Position numbers and translations under genes: made by a program. From Escherichia coli (GTDB lineage Bacteria; Pseudomonadota; Gammaproteobacteria; Enterobacterales; Enterobacteriaceae), in the NCBI RefSeq assembly GCF_050920415.1, contig NZ_CP169309.1: a stretch of DNA of 64,000 nt; one strand, written 5' to 3'. The notes beneath the pieces are model-generated. The model was not told the origin of the DNA, made no database searches, and saw nothing but the letters and a program-made list of their open reading frames with translations. Below are positions 46,569 through 58,043 of this stretch, one piece after another. Numbering within the stretch: the stretch's first letter is position 1; the number at the start of each line of letters is the position of its first letter.

Positions 46569-48671
46569 TTACGCCTTCGAATCCCGCAACTTGCGACTCA
46601 GCCAAATCCCATGATGTGGTCGCTGACGCCATGCCATCGACGAAATGGTGTGCATGGTGTTCAGATGACCAATAACCCGCTGTAAATGCTGCTCCAGTGT
46701 GCCTGCTGCACCTTCGTGCGGCTGCATCTCCGGCGCATCCATGATATTGGCATCGCCAGAACTACCTGGTTCGTCATACTCCAGTCGCTGCTGACAACGC
46801 TGAATGGCGATTTCACAAGACTGTAAATACTCTTGTGCCAGTTCAGGTGGCAATGCCCGGTGTTCCCGCGCCAGCGTGGTCATGGCATTAATATGCTCAA
46901 CAATAAACTGGCTGTGCGTCACCCACAGTTTCATATCTGCCAGATAATGGCTGTTGAATGCCGGTTCCTGCATCGCCTGATTCAATGAGTTATACAGAGT
47001 GTTATGCGCCTGATTCACCCGCATTCGCTGCCAGGCCAGTGGCGTTGGTTGCGGATCTTCACTCAGAATCAAACGAATCGCTTCCTGATAGGCTTCTAAA
47101 GCATCATGGGCGTTTTTACGCAATAACCCGCTCTGCCACTGCGGCCACAGCCAGACAGTTCCGCCGAAAGCAATCAAACAACCAATAATGGTGTCAATAA
47201 GACGCGGAAGAATGTACTGCTCACCGTTCAGCCACAACAGTTGCAGGGTATACACTGCGGTAATAGTAAAACCGACCGTCGCCCAGCCGTAGTTTTTGCG
47301 CAATATCAGGTAGCTGGCGAGGGTGGTAATCAGCATCAACGTCAGGGTGTAACCTTCGGGAATTTTAAAGTGCAGGGCAACGCCCGCAATGATTAACCCG
47401 ACCACGGTTCCCACAGAACGATTCACAATCCTCAGACGGGTTGCGCCATAGCCATTTTGCGTCACCAGCAATACCGTCATCAGGATCCAGTACGACTTCG
47501 GCAGATGCAGCGCGGTACCCATCAGGCTGGCAACACTTAACATCACACTCAGTCGTCCAGCATTGCGTAGCGCCGGAGATTTCAGTGACAGATAACTTTT
47601 CAGTGCCGGCAGTAACGGCATTCGCCGCTGTTTATCGGCCAGTAAGTCACGGGCATAGAGCGGTTTTTGGGTGCGCAGCACGCGGGCGATGCGGCTGAAG
47701 TGCCAATAGCAGAATTGCCCAACCGGATTATCCGGATGCTGGCGGGCGATTTTTTCCAGTGCGCCAATTTGTTTTTCCATCGTAAAGCGCGTCGGCAGGC
47801 GATGGTAAAGAATGTCATCAGCCAGCACGCGCAGGCGAGTGGCGACAGTTTGCGCATTCCAGCGGATAACTTCTTCTGCATGGCTACGCTCGACCAGCTT
47901 TTGCACCTCTTCCGGCTGATGCAAGCTGACCGAAATATGTTCCTGTAAATCCAGCGCCTCCTGGAAAATACGCAGCATCCGCTTGTAGTCAGTATTATTT
48001 TGCGCGGAAAGCATATGCATTTGCTGATAGCACTGAGTAATTAAATCGACCGCTTTTTGCTGGCGCACCAGCAGTGGTGGCAATGCTTTTTCAGGATCGG
48101 TGTGCTGGGTAAGCAGGCTGTATTTGGCTTCACAATAATCTGCCAGTTCACGGTACAGCAGACTTAGTGACTCGCGTAGCGGTTGTTCGCGCCAGAGCCA
48201 GAACCAAAACCAGTTAAACAGTCCGTACCACAACGTGCCCAGCGCATAGATCAGCAACGGTTCCCAGACTGGCATGTATCCCGCCAGACTGAGGGTAAAA
48301 ATGGCGGCGAGCAGCGATGCGGGAAGCAATTTTGCGTGCAATGGCCCCAGCTCAGCAGTGACACCAAGCACCAGCGTTAACCCGGTCAGCAAAAAGGGCA
48401 GGGGAACATCTTTTGCCAGTAGTAGCTGTGTCAGCAAGCTACAGGAGGCAAACAGTGACGCACCAATGATTAAGCGTTTGAAAAAACGTTTATGAGGCGT
48501 ATCAAGGCCCGCAATATTGCAACAGGCTGGAACGAGGGAGAAGAGCAGACCGAATCGTAATTCGCCAAGCATTAACCCAACGGCCACGGGCAAACATAGC
48601 ACTAGCGTTTGTCGTAGTGCATAGTTGATATCGGGGTGATAAATCAGTCTGCGCCACATCGGGGGAAACAA
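46569..48671 (-). CDS. yhfK: Inner membrane protein YhfK (putative efflux/aromatic-acid exporter-like)
   Basis: 700 aa, two clusters of TM helices. Confidence 0.9.
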   Translation of the reverse strand: MFPPMWRRLIYHPDINYALRQTLVLCLPVAVGLMLGELRFGLLFSLVPACCNIAGLDTPHKRFFKRLIIGASLFASCSLLTQLLLAKDVPLPFLLTGLTLVLGVTAELGPLHAKLLPASLLAAIFTLSLAGYMPVWEPLLIYALGTLWYGLFNWFWFWLWREQPLRESLSLLYRELADYCEAKYSLLTQHTDPEKALPPLLVRQQKAVDLITQCYQQMHMLSAQNNTDYKRMLRIFQEALDLQEHISVSLHQPEEVQKLVERSHAEEVIRWNAQTVATRLRVLADDILYHRLPTRFTMEKQIGALEKIARQHPDNPVGQFCYWHFSRIARVLRTQKPLYARDLLADKQRRMPLLPALKSYLSLKSPALRNAGRLSVMLSVASLMGTALHLPKSYWILMTVLLVTQNGYGATRLRIVNRSVGTVVGLIIAGVALHFKIPEGYTLTLMLITTLASYLILRKNYGWATVGFTITAVYTLQLLWLNGEQYILPRLIDTIIGCLIAFGGTVWLWPQWQSGLLRKNAHDALEAYQEAIRLILSEDPQPTPLAWQRMRVNQAHNTLYNSLNQAMQEPAFNSHYLADMKLWVTHSQFIVEHINAMTTLAREHRALPPELAQEYLQSCEIAIQRCQQRLEYDEPGSSGDANIMDAPEMQPHEGAAGTLEQHLQRVIGHLNTMHTISSMAWRQRPHHGIWLSRKLRDSKA

Positions 48672-48709
48672 AATGGCGCGCTACTCAGTAACGCGCCACT
48701 CCGACGGGA

Positions 48710-49342
48710 TTAACGAGTGCCGTAAACGACGATGGTTTTACCGTGTGCGGAGATCAGGTTCTGATCTTCCAGCATCTTCAGAATGCGTCCCACGGTTTCA
48801 CGAGAACAGCCGACAATCTGACCAATTTCCTGACGGGTAATTTTGATTTGCATACCGTCCGGGTGAGTCATAGCATCCGGTTGTTTTGCCAGGTTCAGCA
48901 GAGTCTGTGCAATGCGGCCCGTCACGTCGAGGAACGCCAGGTTGCCCACTTTCTCTGAAGTGACTTGCAGACGACGCGCCATCTGTGCAGACAGACGCAT
49001 CAGAATGTCCGGGTTTACCTGAATCAATTGGCGAAATTTTTTGTACGAAATTTCAGCCACTTCACAGGCGGTTTTCGCACGTACCCATGCGCTACGTTCC
49101 TGGCCTTCTTCAAACAGGCCCAGTTCGCCAATAAAATCACCCTGATTCAGATAGGAGAGGATCATTTCTTTACCCTCTTCATCTTTGATCAGCACTGCCA
49201 CAGAGCCTTTAACGATGTAGTACAGCGTTTCCGCTTTTTCACCCTGGTGAATAAGCGTGCTCTTGGATGGGTACTTATGAATGTGGCAATGAGACAAGAA
49301 CCATTCGAGAGTCGGGTCTGTTTGCGGTTTGCCAAGCACCAT
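48710..49342 (-). CDS. crp: cAMP receptor protein (global regulator)
   Basis: 210 aa [50 protein letters not shown]..., [15 protein letters not shown]. Confidence 0.97.
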
Positions 49343-49460
49343 GCGCGGTTATCCTCTGTTATAAGCTTTCTCCAGAGCCAGAAAACGCCGCTGTCTCTGG
49401 ATTGCCGAAATTGTGCTTCCCGCTACCTGGGAAGGGGCTATCAACTGTACTGCACGGTAA

Positions 49461-49476
49461 TGTGACGTCCTTTGCA
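49461..49476 (-). promoter_or_regulatory. CRP-type binding site in the crp upstream region (TGTGA-N6-TGCA-like)
   Basis: TGTGACGTCCTTTGCA, i.e. TGCAAAGGACGTCACA on the crp strand, about 120 bp upstream of the crp ATG. Confidence 0.5.
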
Positions 49477-49644
49477 TACATGCAGTACATCAATGTATTA
49501 CTGTAGCATCCTGATTGTTTTAGCATAGCTTTCGCTTTGTGTCTCCTGGTGTCTCGCTTCAGCATGACCCAGGTCGCCTTCCGTTGCGCGATTTGGTTAG
49601 TACGCGTACTCTGTCAGGAAAATTGACGCAGTGGAGTAGCAAAA

Positions 49645-50049
49645 ATGCAAGCGCGAGTGAAGTGGGTCGAAGGGTTAACTTTTCTGGGCGAATCCGCCTC
49701 TGGTCACCAGATTTTAATGGATGGCAACTCAGGCGATAAAGCACCAAGTCCGATGGAAATGGTGTTGATGGCGGCGGGTGGTTGCAGTGCCATCGATGTG
49801 GTTTCTATCCTGCAAAAGGGGCGTCAGGATGTGGTCGATTGTGAAGTTAAATTGACCTCTGAACGCCGCGAAGAGGCACCACGCCTGTTTACGCACATTA
49901 ATCTGCATTTTATCGTCACCGGTCGCGACCTGAAAGACGCAGCAGTTGCGCGTGCGGTTGATCTCTCTGCCGAGAAATATTGCTCAGTAGCGTTAATGCT
50001 GGAAAAAGCGGTAAATATTACTCACTCGTATGAAGTGGTGGCCGTGTGA
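49645..50049 (+). CDS. yhfA: OsmC-family protein YhfA
   Basis: 134 aa MQARVKWVEGLTFLGESASGHQILMDGNSG... Confidence 0.92.
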   Translation: MQARVKWVEGLTFLGESASGHQILMDGNSGDKAPSPMEMVLMAAGGCSAIDVVSILQKGRQDVVDCEVKLTSERREEAPRLFTHINLHFIVTGRDLKDAAVARAVDLSAEKYCSVALMLEKAVNITHSYEVVAV

Positions 50050-50067
50050 TTTAATGTCAGGAGTACG

Positions 50068-50093
50068 ATGCCGGATAATTGTTTATCCGGCAT
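50068..50093. repeat. Perfect 11 bp inverted repeat hairpin between yhfA and prkB (terminator or REP-like)
   Basis: ATGCCGGATAA-TTGT-TTATCCGGCAT; no adjacent T-run on either strand. Confidence 0.5.
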
Positions 50094-50103
50094 ATTAGCA
50101 GAG

Positions 50104-50973
50104 TTACTCGATTTTCTTTCCTTCCATCAATCGTTGCACCAGTGGCAGCATAATTAACTCCATTGCCAGACCCATTTTGCCGCCCGGTACCACTAATGTA
50201 TTGATGTGGGAAATGAATGAGCCCTGTAACATCGCCAGCAGCCAGGGGAAATCGATCCCTTCCAGATTACGAAAATGGATCACCACAAAGCTTTCATCCA
50301 GTGATGGAATGCCCTTTGCCGCGAACGGGTTTGAGGTGTCGACAGTGGGAACGCGCTGGAAGTTAAGATGGGTGCGGGAAAACTGCGGCGTGATGTAGTT
50401 GATATAGTCTTCCATTGAACGCACTACTGAGTCCATCACCGCTTCTCGTGAGTGCCCGCGCTCGCTGGTGTCGCGGATCAGTTTTTGAATCCACTCAAGG
50501 TTAACGATAGGCACTACGCCGACCAGTAAATCCACATGCTGCGCAACGTTATGATGTGGCGTGACGACGCCACCGTGTAGCCCTTCATAAAACAGTACAT
50601 CAGTGGGTTCCGGTAAAGGTTGCCATGGGGTGAATGTTCCCGGCACCTGATTCCACGGTACGGCTTCGTCGTACGTATGCAGATATTTGCGTGATTTTCC
50701 TTTGCCGCTCTGACCGTATTCAATGAAGGTTTGTTCCAGCAGGCCGAAGTCGTTCGCTTCGGGGCCAAAGTAGCTGATATGCCGCCCGGCATCACGCGCC
50801 TTGCGGATCGCCATGTCCATTTCCGGGCGCGTGTAACGGTGAAAACTGTCGCCTTCCACCTCAGCTGCATGCAGATTTAACTGCGCGAATATTTTACGAA
50901 ACGCGAGACTGGTGGTGGTGGTCCCCGCGCCGCTGGATCCTGTTACCGCAATGACCGGATGTTTGGCAGACAT
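50104..50973 (-). CDS. prkB: Phosphoribulokinase homolog
   Basis: 289 aa, P-loop AVTGSSGAGTTT. Confidence 0.93.
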   Translation of the reverse strand: MSAKHPVIAVTGSSGAGTTTTSLAFRKIFAQLNLHAAEVEGDSFHRYTRPEMDMAIRKARDAGRHISYFGPEANDFGLLEQTFIEYGQSGKGKSRKYLHTYDEAVPWNQVPGTFTPWQPLPEPTDVLFYEGLHGGVVTPHHNVAQHVDLLVGVVPIVNLEWIQKLIRDTSERGHSREAVMDSVVRSMEDYINYITPQFSRTHLNFQRVPTVDTSNPFAAKGIPSLDESFVVIHFRNLEGIDFPWLLAMLQGSFISHINTLVVPGGKMGLAMELIMLPLVQRLMEGKKIE

Positions 50974-51026
50974 AGTAACTCCATGACTTAGCTATCATTA
51001 TTATCTCGTCCGCCGACGGCTGCAGG

Positions 51027-51245
51027 TTATTCACGAAACTGACTGCGCGGCATGATATTGACCGTTTCGTGCAGCTCCGACCATACCAGCACCGCTTCTC
51101 CGCACTGTAGCTGGCGTTTGACGTCGGCGACTTTCTGTTCAAGTGTACGCTCATGTTCACCATAATCGGTGCCTTCGCGTAACACAAAACTTTCAATTAA
51201 ATTTTCCAGCGTTTCGGGGGAGAGTTCTTGCCACGGAATCAACAT
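51027..51245 (-). CDS. yheU: UPF0270 protein YheU
   Basis: 72 aa [32 protein letters not shown]... Confidence 0.9.
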   Translation of the reverse strand: MLIPWQELSPETLENLIESFVLREGTDYGEHERTLEQKVADVKRQLQCGEAVLVWSELHETVNIMPRSQFRE

Positions 51246-52261
51246 GATTTCGCCTCCAGATACGTTGTTAACCAGTCAGGAATGCGTGACTCCAGCCACA
51301 TTTGCGGATGAAATAATGTACCGCCAAGAAAGCCAACATGACCACCATGTTCAGTCAGTTGATACTCCACCTGCGGGGGGAGATTTTCCGGTTTCGGGAT
51401 CACCTGATGATCCATAAACGGATCGTCTTTGGCGTGAATAATCAGTGTCGGTTTGGCGATCTGGTTCAGCATCGGCATGGCGCTACACTGACGATAATAG
51501 TCGATAGCGTCAGCGTAGCCGTGAATTCTGGCGGTGATCAGATCGTCAAATTCACGGATGCGACGTACCGATTTTAACTGTGCGAGATTAATCGGCAGCG
51601 TACCGGGATAGGCTGCCAGTTTGCGCGCAGCATTGGCTTTTAACAGGTTCAGCAAGTAACGCTGATAAACGCGGGAAAAGCCCTTTTCCATATGATAACT
51701 ACAGGCTTCCAGCATAAATGGCGCGGAGACAATTACCGCTGCATCAATCGGGAGGTTATTACCTTCTTTTGCCAGCAAACAGGCGAGCATATTACCGCCG
51801 AGCGAATAGCCGACGGCAGCCGTTGGCGCATGTCCAAATTCGCGCTGCAGCCAGCGTAAAAACCAGCTGGCGTCTTCGGTTTCGCCCGAATGGTAAATGC
51901 GGTGCATACGGTTTGGTTCACCGCTGCATCCGCGAAAATGCATCACCACGCCCAGCCAGCCGCGTTTTTGCGCCGCCTCGACCAGACCGTGGGCGTAAGG
52001 GCTATTGAGGCTGCCCTCCAGCCCGTGAAACACCACTAAACGCGGTTTCTGTTTCGCCTGGGCAGGGTCTTCACTCCATGCGAGATCGACAAAATCGCCG
52101 TCGGGCAACTCCAGTCGCTGCCAGTGCGGGGTGAATTTCACCTTGCGACGAAACAGACGCGGCAGCATGGTTTGCAGATGACAATTGCTAAAGCCGCGCA
52201 TAGGGGTGAATTCAGCACTGCTGCTGAATTCATTGGCATCGGTCGTCGTTATCTGCGCCAT
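51239..52261 (-). CDS. yheT: Alpha/beta hydrolase YheT
   Basis: 340 aa, nucleophile-elbow motif GYSLGGN. Confidence 0.92.
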   Translation of the reverse strand: MAQITTTDANEFSSSAEFTPMRGFSNCHLQTMLPRLFRRKVKFTPHWQRLELPDGDFVDLAWSEDPAQAKQKPRLVVFHGLEGSLNSPYAHGLVEAAQKRGWLGVVMHFRGCSGEPNRMHRIYHSGETEDASWFLRWLQREFGHAPTAAVGYSLGGNMLACLLAKEGNNLPIDAAVIVSAPFMLEACSYHMEKGFSRVYQRYLLNLLKANAARKLAAYPGTLPINLAQLKSVRRIREFDDLITARIHGYADAIDYYRQCSAMPMLNQIAKPTLIIHAKDDPFMDHQVIPKPENLPPQVEYQLTEHGGHVGFLGGTLFHPQMWLESRIPDWLTTYLEAKSC

Positions 52262-54174
52262 CAGTTGCTTTGGCCTTCCAGCAGCATCTGCTCAAGCTGC
52301 TCCTGGGCTTCCAGCCACGCCATTTCGCACTCTTCCAGGCCGGATTTGGCGCTGGCTTGCTGTTGCAGGCAGGCGGTCAACTCCGCTTTACGGCTTTGAT
52401 CGTACAGTTCGCTGTCGCCGAGTTTCTCTTCCGCCTGCGCCAGTTGCGCGTTCAGCTTCTCCATCTCTTTTTCCAGACGGGCGATTTCTTTACGCAGTGG
52501 CTGGGTTTGCGCACGCAGCTCCGCTTCCCGACGCTTCTGGTCTTTACGTGCCTGGGCGCTGTTCGCGTTCTCTTTTGGCGCGTCGTCGGTCTGGTTTTCC
52601 TGCTTTTGAACGTCGCTCAACCACTGTTGATAATCTTCCAGATCGCCGTCGAACGGTTCGACTTTACGATCGTGAACCAGATAGAGATCGTCAGTGGTGG
52701 AACGCAACAAATGGCGGTCGTGCGAAACGACAACCAATGCGCCTTCAAACTCGATCAACGCTTCAGTCAGTGCCTGGCGCATGTCGAGGTCAAGGTGGTT
52801 AGTCGGTTCGTCGAGCAGCAGTAGATTCGGACGCTGCCAGACGATTAATGCCAGCACCAGACGGGCTTTTTCCCCACCGGAGAAACGGCGCGTTTCTTCC
52901 GTCACTTTATCGCCCTGGAAACCAAAGCCACCGAGGTAATCACGTAGTTTTTGTTCTAGTTCCTGCGGTGCTAAACGTGCCAGATGTTGAATAGGCGATT
53001 CGTCGGCGCGCAGGTATTCAAGTTGATGCTGGGCGAAGTAACCGAGTTTGATCCCTTTCGCCAGGCCAATTTCACCGCTGACAGGCGCAAGTTCTCCGGC
53101 TAACAGTTTGATTAATGTCGATTTACCCGCGCCATTGCGGCCTAACAGACCAATGCGCGAACCTGGCACCAGATTCAGTTTAATCGAGTCGAGAATAATG
53201 CGATCGCCATAACCTGCGCTGACCTTTTCCATTTTCAACAACGGATTAGGCAGGCTTTCCGGCGCGCGGAAGCTAAAACGGAACGGGTTGTCGACGTGCG
53301 CTGGGGCAATCAGCTCCATACGCTCGAGCATCTTAATACGACTCTGGGCCTGCTTCGCTTTGGTGGCTTTGGCACGGAAACGGTCGATATAACTTTGCAG
53401 ATGTGCCACGCGCTCTTGCTGGCTTTCATACATCGCCTGTTGCTGCGCCAGACGGGTGGCGCGCTGTACTTCAAACGAGCTGTAGTTGCCGGTGTACTCG
53501 AACATGTTTTGTTGTTCGATATGAATAATTTTATCAACAATCGGATCGAGGAAGTCGCGGTCGTGGGAGATCAGGATCAGCGTGCCCTGATAGCTCTTCA
53601 GCCATTTTTCCAGCCAGATAACAGCATCGAGATCGAGGTGGTTAGTTGGTTCGTCGAGCAGCAGCAAGTCTGAACGGCAAATCAGCGCCTGGGCGAGGTT
53701 GAGACGCATACGCCAGCCACCGGAGAAATCACTTACCGGGCGCTCCAGTTGTTCATTGCTGAAACCGAGGCCGTGCAGTAGGCTGGCGGCGCGGGAGCGA
53801 ATACTCCATGCGTCAATAGCATCCAGCTTGCCATGAATGGTCGCAATGGCGTGCCCGTCGTTACGTTCGTTGGCGTCGTGTAGCTGCGCTTCCAGTTGAC
53901 GATATTCACGGTCGCCGTCAATGACATATTCCAGCGCCGCTTGCGGTAGCGCTGGTGTTTCCTGATTCACCCACGCCAGTTGCCAGCTTCCTGGAAAGGT
54001 GTAGCTGCCGCCGTCGGCGCTGATTTCATTTTTCAGCAATGCCAGCAGGGTAGATTTACCACAGCCGTTTTTACCCACCAGGCCAACTTTCTGCCCGGGG
54101 TTGATGGTGGCGGTGGCATTATCCAGCAGGACGCGCACGCCGCGACGAATTTGTAACGAGGAGAAAACAATCAT
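52261..54174 (-). CDS. yheS: ABC-F family ATPase YheS
   Basis: 637 aa, two ABC cassettes (GKNGCGKST and GRNGAGKST, two LSGG signatures), C-terminal coiled coil. Confidence 0.95.
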   Translation of the reverse strand: MIVFSSLQIRRGVRVLLDNATATINPGQKVGLVGKNGCGKSTLLALLKNEISADGGSYTFPGSWQLAWVNQETPALPQAALEYVIDGDREYRQLEAQLHDANERNDGHAIATIHGKLDAIDAWSIRSRAASLLHGLGFSNEQLERPVSDFSGGWRMRLNLAQALICRSDLLLLDEPTNHLDLDAVIWLEKWLKSYQGTLILISHDRDFLDPIVDKIIHIEQQNMFEYTGNYSSFEVQRATRLAQQQAMYESQQERVAHLQSYIDRFRAKATKAKQAQSRIKMLERMELIAPAHVDNPFRFSFRAPESLPNPLLKMEKVSAGYGDRIILDSIKLNLVPGSRIGLLGRNGAGKSTLIKLLAGELAPVSGEIGLAKGIKLGYFAQHQLEYLRADESPIQHLARLAPQELEQKLRDYLGGFGFQGDKVTEETRRFSGGEKARLVLALIVWQRPNLLLLDEPTNHLDLDMRQALTEALIEFEGALVVVSHDRHLLRSTTDDLYLVHDRKVEPFDGDLEDYQQWLSDVQKQENQTDDAPKENANSAQARKDQKRREAELRAQTQPLRKEIARLEKEMEKLNAQLAQAEEKLGDSELYDQSRKAELTACLQQQASAKSGLEECEMAWLEAQEQLEQMLLEGQSN

Positions 54175-54301
54175 AAGGCGCCGTATGTTCAGACTATGTT
54201 AACTTATCATTATGATAATGTAATGTATGGGCGAGCTGCCGCACCGGGCGCAATGGTAGCCCAAAACAGCGACTATACACAAAAACCATACCGGGAGGGG
54301 G

Positions 54302-54856
54302 ATGATGTCTCAGCCAGCGAAAGTTTTGCTGCTGTATGCCCATCCGGAATCTCAGGACTCGGTGGCAAACCGGGTACTGCTTAAACCGGCCACGCAGCTC
54401 AGCAATGTTACCGTGCACGACCTTTATGCACACTATCCCGATTTTTTTATTGATATCCCCCGTGAGCAGGCATTACTGCGCGAGCACGAGGTGATTGTCT
54501 TTCAGCACCCTCTTTATACCTATAGCTGCCCGGCGCTACTGAAAGAGTGGCTGGATCGGGTATTAAGCCGTGGTTTTGCCAGCGGGCCGGGAGGAAACCA
54601 ACTGGCGGGAAAGTACTGGCGTAGCGTGATTACCACCGGCGAGCCGGAAAGTGCTTACCGTTATGACGCATTGAATCGCTACCCGATGAGCGATGTTCTG
54701 CGCCCCTTTGAGCTGGCGGCGGGCATGTGCCGGATGCATTGGTTAAGTCCCATCATTATTTACTGGGCGAGACGGCAAAGCGCACAGGAGCTGGCGAGTC
54801 ACGCCAGAGCCTACGGTGACTGGCTGGCAAATCCGCTGTCTCCAGGAGGCTGCTGA
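54302..54856 (+). CDS. kefG: Glutathione-regulated K+ efflux ancillary protein KefG
   Basis: 184 aa [28 protein letters not shown]...; stop overlaps the kefB ATG by 1 nt. Confidence 0.94.
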
Positions 54857-56661
54857 TGGAAGGTTCCGATTTTTTACTCGCAGGAGTGCTGTTTCTCTTC
54901 GCGGCGGTGGCTGCGGTGCCGTTGGCATCGCGGCTGGGTATTGGCGCTGTGTTGGGATATTTGCTGGCAGGGATTGCAATTGGCCCGTGGGGGCTAGGGT
55001 TTATTAGCGACGTCGATGAGATCCTCCACTTTTCGGAACTCGGCGTGGTGTTCCTGATGTTTATCATCGGCCTTGAGTTGAATCCCTCCAAGCTTTGGCA
55101 ACTGCGGCGTTCGATTTTTGGCGTAGGCGCGGCACAGGTGCTGTTAAGCGCGGCGTTGCTGGCGGGATTATTGATGCTGACGGATTTCGCCTGGCAGGCG
55201 GCGGTGGTCGGTGGCATTGGCCTTGCGATGTCTTCCACTGCAATGGCGTTGCAATTGATGCGTGAGAAAGGGATGAATCGCAGCGAATCTGGACAGCTAG
55301 GTTTTTCGGTTTTGCTGTTTCAGGATCTGGCGGTGATCCCGGCGCTAGCGTTAGTACCGCTGCTGGCGGGATCGGCAGATGAACATTTTGACTGGATGAA
55401 GATCGGCATGAAGGTGCTGGCGTTTGTTGGCATGCTGATTGGTGGGCGCTATTTACTGCGTCCGGTATTCCGTTTTATTGCAGCTTCTGGTGTGCGGGAA
55501 GTGTTCACCGCCGCGACACTGCTGCTGGTGTTGGGTTCCGCATTGTTTATGGATGCGCTGGGGTTGTCGATGGCGCTCGGTACGTTTATTGCGGGCGTGC
55601 TGCTGGCGGAAAGTGAATATCGCCATGAGCTGGAAACGGCTATCGATCCGTTCAAAGGCTTGCTGCTCGGACTGTTTTTTATCTCTGTCGGCATGTCGCT
55701 CAACCTTGGAGTGCTTTATACCCATCTGTTGTGGGTAGTGATAAGCGTGGTTGTGCTGGTGGCGGTGAAAATTCTCGTGCTGTATTTGCTGGCGCGGCTG
55801 TATGGCGTGCGTAGCTCAGAGCGGATGCAGTTTGCTGGCGTGTTGAGTCAGGGCGGCGAGTTTGCCTTTGTCCTCTTTTCTACCGCTTCTTCACAACGCT
55901 TATTCCAGGGCGACCAGATGGCGCTATTGCTGGTGACGGTGACGCTTTCCATGATGACCACGCCGCTGCTGATGAAGCTGGTGGATAAATGGCTATCCCG
56001 CCAGTTTAACGGACCGGAAGAAGAAGACGAAAAACCGTGGGTCAACGATGATAAACCCCAGGTCATAGTCGTGGGCTTCGGACGTTTTGGTCAGGTGATT
56101 GGTCGTTTGCTGATGGCAAATAAAATGCGCATTACTGTGCTGGAGCGGGATATCAGTGCTGTTAACCTGATGCGCAAATATGGCTACAAAGTTTATTACG
56201 GCGACGCCACGCAGGTAGCTCTTTTACGTTCTGCGGGTGCAGAGGCCGCAGAGTCAATCGTCATTACCTGTAACGAACCGGAAGACACCATGAAGCTGGT
56301 GGAGATTTGCCAGCAACACTTCCCGCATTTGCATATTCTTGCGCGAGCGCGCGGACGTGTGGAAGCGCATGAGTTATTACAGGCAGGGGTGACGCAGTTT
56401 TCTCGTGAGACATTCTCCAGTGCGTTAGAGCTGGGGCGCAAAACGCTGGTCACGCTTGGCATGCATCCGCATCAGGCACAGCGGGCACAACTGCATTTTC
56501 GTCGCCTGGATATGCGAATGTTGCGGGAGCTCATACCGATGCATGCCGATACCGTACAAATTTCTCGCGCCAGGGAAGCCCGACGCGAACTGGAAGAGAT
56601 TTTCCAGCGTGAAATGCAACAAGAACGACGCCAGCTGGATGGCTGGGATGAATTTGAGTAG
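54856..56661 (+). CDS. kefB: Glutathione-regulated K+/H+ antiporter KefB
   Basis: 601 aa, multi-TM domain plus C-terminal Rossmann-type nucleotide-binding domain ([17 protein letters not shown]). Confidence 0.96.
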   Translation: MEGSDFLLAGVLFLFAAVAAVPLASRLGIGAVLGYLLAGIAIGPWGLGFISDVDEILHFSELGVVFLMFIIGLELNPSKLWQLRRSIFGVGAAQVLLSAALLAGLLMLTDFAWQAAVVGGIGLAMSSTAMALQLMREKGMNRSESGQLGFSVLLFQDLAVIPALALVPLLAGSADEHFDWMKIGMKVLAFVGMLIGGRYLLRPVFRFIAASGVREVFTAATLLLVLGSALFMDALGLSMALGTFIAGVLLAESEYRHELETAIDPFKGLLLGLFFISVGMSLNLGVLYTHLLWVVISVVVLVAVKILVLYLLARLYGVRSSERMQFAGVLSQGGEFAFVLFSTASSQRLFQGDQMALLLVTVTLSMMTTPLLMKLVDKWLSRQFNGPEEEDEKPWVNDDKPQVIVVGFGRFGQVIGRLLMANKMRITVLERDISAVNLMRKYGYKVYYGDATQVALLRSAGAEAAESIVITCNEPEDTMKLVEICQQHFPHLHILARARGRVEAHELLQAGVTQFSRETFSSALELGRKTLVTLGMHPHQAQRAQLHFRRLDMRMLRELIPMHADTVQISRAREARRELEEIFQREMQQERRQLDGWDEFE

Positions 56662-56670
56662 AGGATAACG

Positions 56671-56871
56671 ATGGCAATCCGAAAACGTTTTATTGCGGGA
56701 GCAAAATGCCCGGCCTGTCAGGCGCAGGATTCAATGGCGATGTGGCGCGAAAATAATATTGATATTGTTGAATGCGTTAAGTGCGGACACCAGATGCGAG
56801 AAGTCGACAAAGAAGCCCGCGATCATGTTCGCAAAGATGAGCAAGTGATCGGGATTTTTCATCCGGACTAG
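56671..56871 (+). CDS. yheV: Zinc-ribbon protein YheV
   Basis: 66 aa with CxxC...CxxC (CPACQ...CVKCGH). Confidence 0.88.
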   Translation: MAIRKRFIAGAKCPACQAQDSMAMWRENNIDIVECVKCGHQMREVDKEARDHVRKDEQVIGIFHPD

Positions 56872-56965
56872 CGATATGCGCCGAGATTTTTTAAGCTAGT
56901 GAGTACACGGCTGCAGAATTCCGCTACAATCTGCGCCACTATTCTTCCCATGCTCAGGAGATATC

Positions 56966-57556
56966 ATGAAAGTAGCAAAAGACCTGGTGGTCAGCCTGGC
57001 CTATCAGGTACGTACAGAAGACGGTGTGTTGGTTGATGAGTCTCCGGTGAGTGCGCCGCTGGACTACCTGCATGGTCACGGTTCCCTGATCTCTGGCCTG
57101 GAAACGGCGCTGGAAGGTCATGAAGTTGGCGACAAATTTGATGTCGCTGTTGGCGCGAACGACGCTTACGGTCAGTACGACGAAAACCTGGTGCAACGCG
57201 TTCCTAAAGACGTATTTATGGGCGTTGATGAACTGCAGGTTGGTATGCGTTTCCTGGCTGAAACCGACCAGGGTCCGGTACCGGTTGAAATCACTGCGGT
57301 TGAAGACGATCACGTCGTGGTTGATGGTAACCACATGCTGGCCGGTCAGAACCTGAAATTCAACGTTGAAGTTGTGGCGATTCGCGAAGCGACTGAAGAA
57401 GAGCTGGCTCATGGCCACGTTCACGGTGCGCACGATCATCACCACGATCACGACCACGACGGTTGCTGCGGTGGTCATGGCCACGATCACGGTCATGAAC
57501 ACGGTGGCGAAGGCTGCTGCGGCGGTAAAGGTAACGGCGGTTGCGGTTGCCACTAA
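56966..57556 (+). CDS. slyD: FKBP-type peptidyl-prolyl isomerase SlyD with His/Cys-rich metal-binding tail
   Basis: 196 aa MKVAKDLVVSLAYQVRTEDGVLVDESP...; C-terminus HGHVHGAHDHHHDHDHDGCCGGHGHDHGHEHGGEGCCGG. Confidence 0.96.
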   Translation: MKVAKDLVVSLAYQVRTEDGVLVDESPVSAPLDYLHGHGSLISGLETALEGHEVGDKFDVAVGANDAYGQYDENLVQRVPKDVFMGVDELQVGMRFLAETDQGPVPVEITAVEDDHVVVDGNHMLAGQNLKFNVEVVAIREATEEELAHGHVHGAHDHHHDHDHDGCCGGHGHDHGHEHGGEGCCGGKGNGGCGCH

Positions 57557-57571
57557 TACCGAAAAAGTGAC

Positions 57572-57600
57572 AAAAAAGCGGGGAATCCCCGCTTTTTTTA
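57572..57600. terminator. Bidirectional intrinsic terminator between slyD and slyX
   Basis: AAAAAAGCGGGG-AAT-CCCCGCTTTTTTT. Confidence 0.8.
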
Positions 57601-57604
57601 CGCC

Positions 57605-57823
57605 TCAATAATGTGGCGGTGGCGTTTCTTCAGCCTGCGACGCGATGTTCGACGGCTGGCTGGCTTTTAGCTTCTCGGTCAGCAGACGCAGATGATCGCG
57701 CAGTTTCGCCATCTCCATTTCATGAGCGGTCACCGTGACGTTCAGTTCTTCAATGGTGATTTCCTGAAAAGCCAGTCGGCTCTCCAGCTCTGCCAGGCGT
57801 GCTTCCAATGATAAATCCTGCAT
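57605..57823 (-). CDS. slyX: Protein SlyX
   Basis: 72 aa [28 protein letters not shown]... Confidence 0.92.
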
Positions 57824-58043
57824 GATTCACCTCTTTTGTCGAATGGTCGCCGCGGATTCTACTTAACTTTGCTGCCCGAGACAGCACTCATTTCGCGGTC
57901 ATCGAAACTAATTTAAACAAAAAGAGTCTGAAAATAGATGATAATAGGGCGTGTCTGTATGTAGATTTGTTCGACAACGCTTTATAGTACCCTTCTGATA
58001 ATAGTTAACCCTGGGGTGAGATGCCCCGATCCTGGAGATATGG

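Noticed and set aside
48965-49465. 166-codon plus-strand ORF
   Set aside because: Largely antisense to crp and its leader; no conserved features.
52185-52824. Plus-strand ORFs of 205 and 184 codons
   Set aside because: Antisense to yheT and yheS.
56954-57553. 199-codon minus-strand ORF rich in Val/Thr/Ala/Met
   Set aside because: Exact antisense image of slyD, including its repetitive His-rich tail codons.
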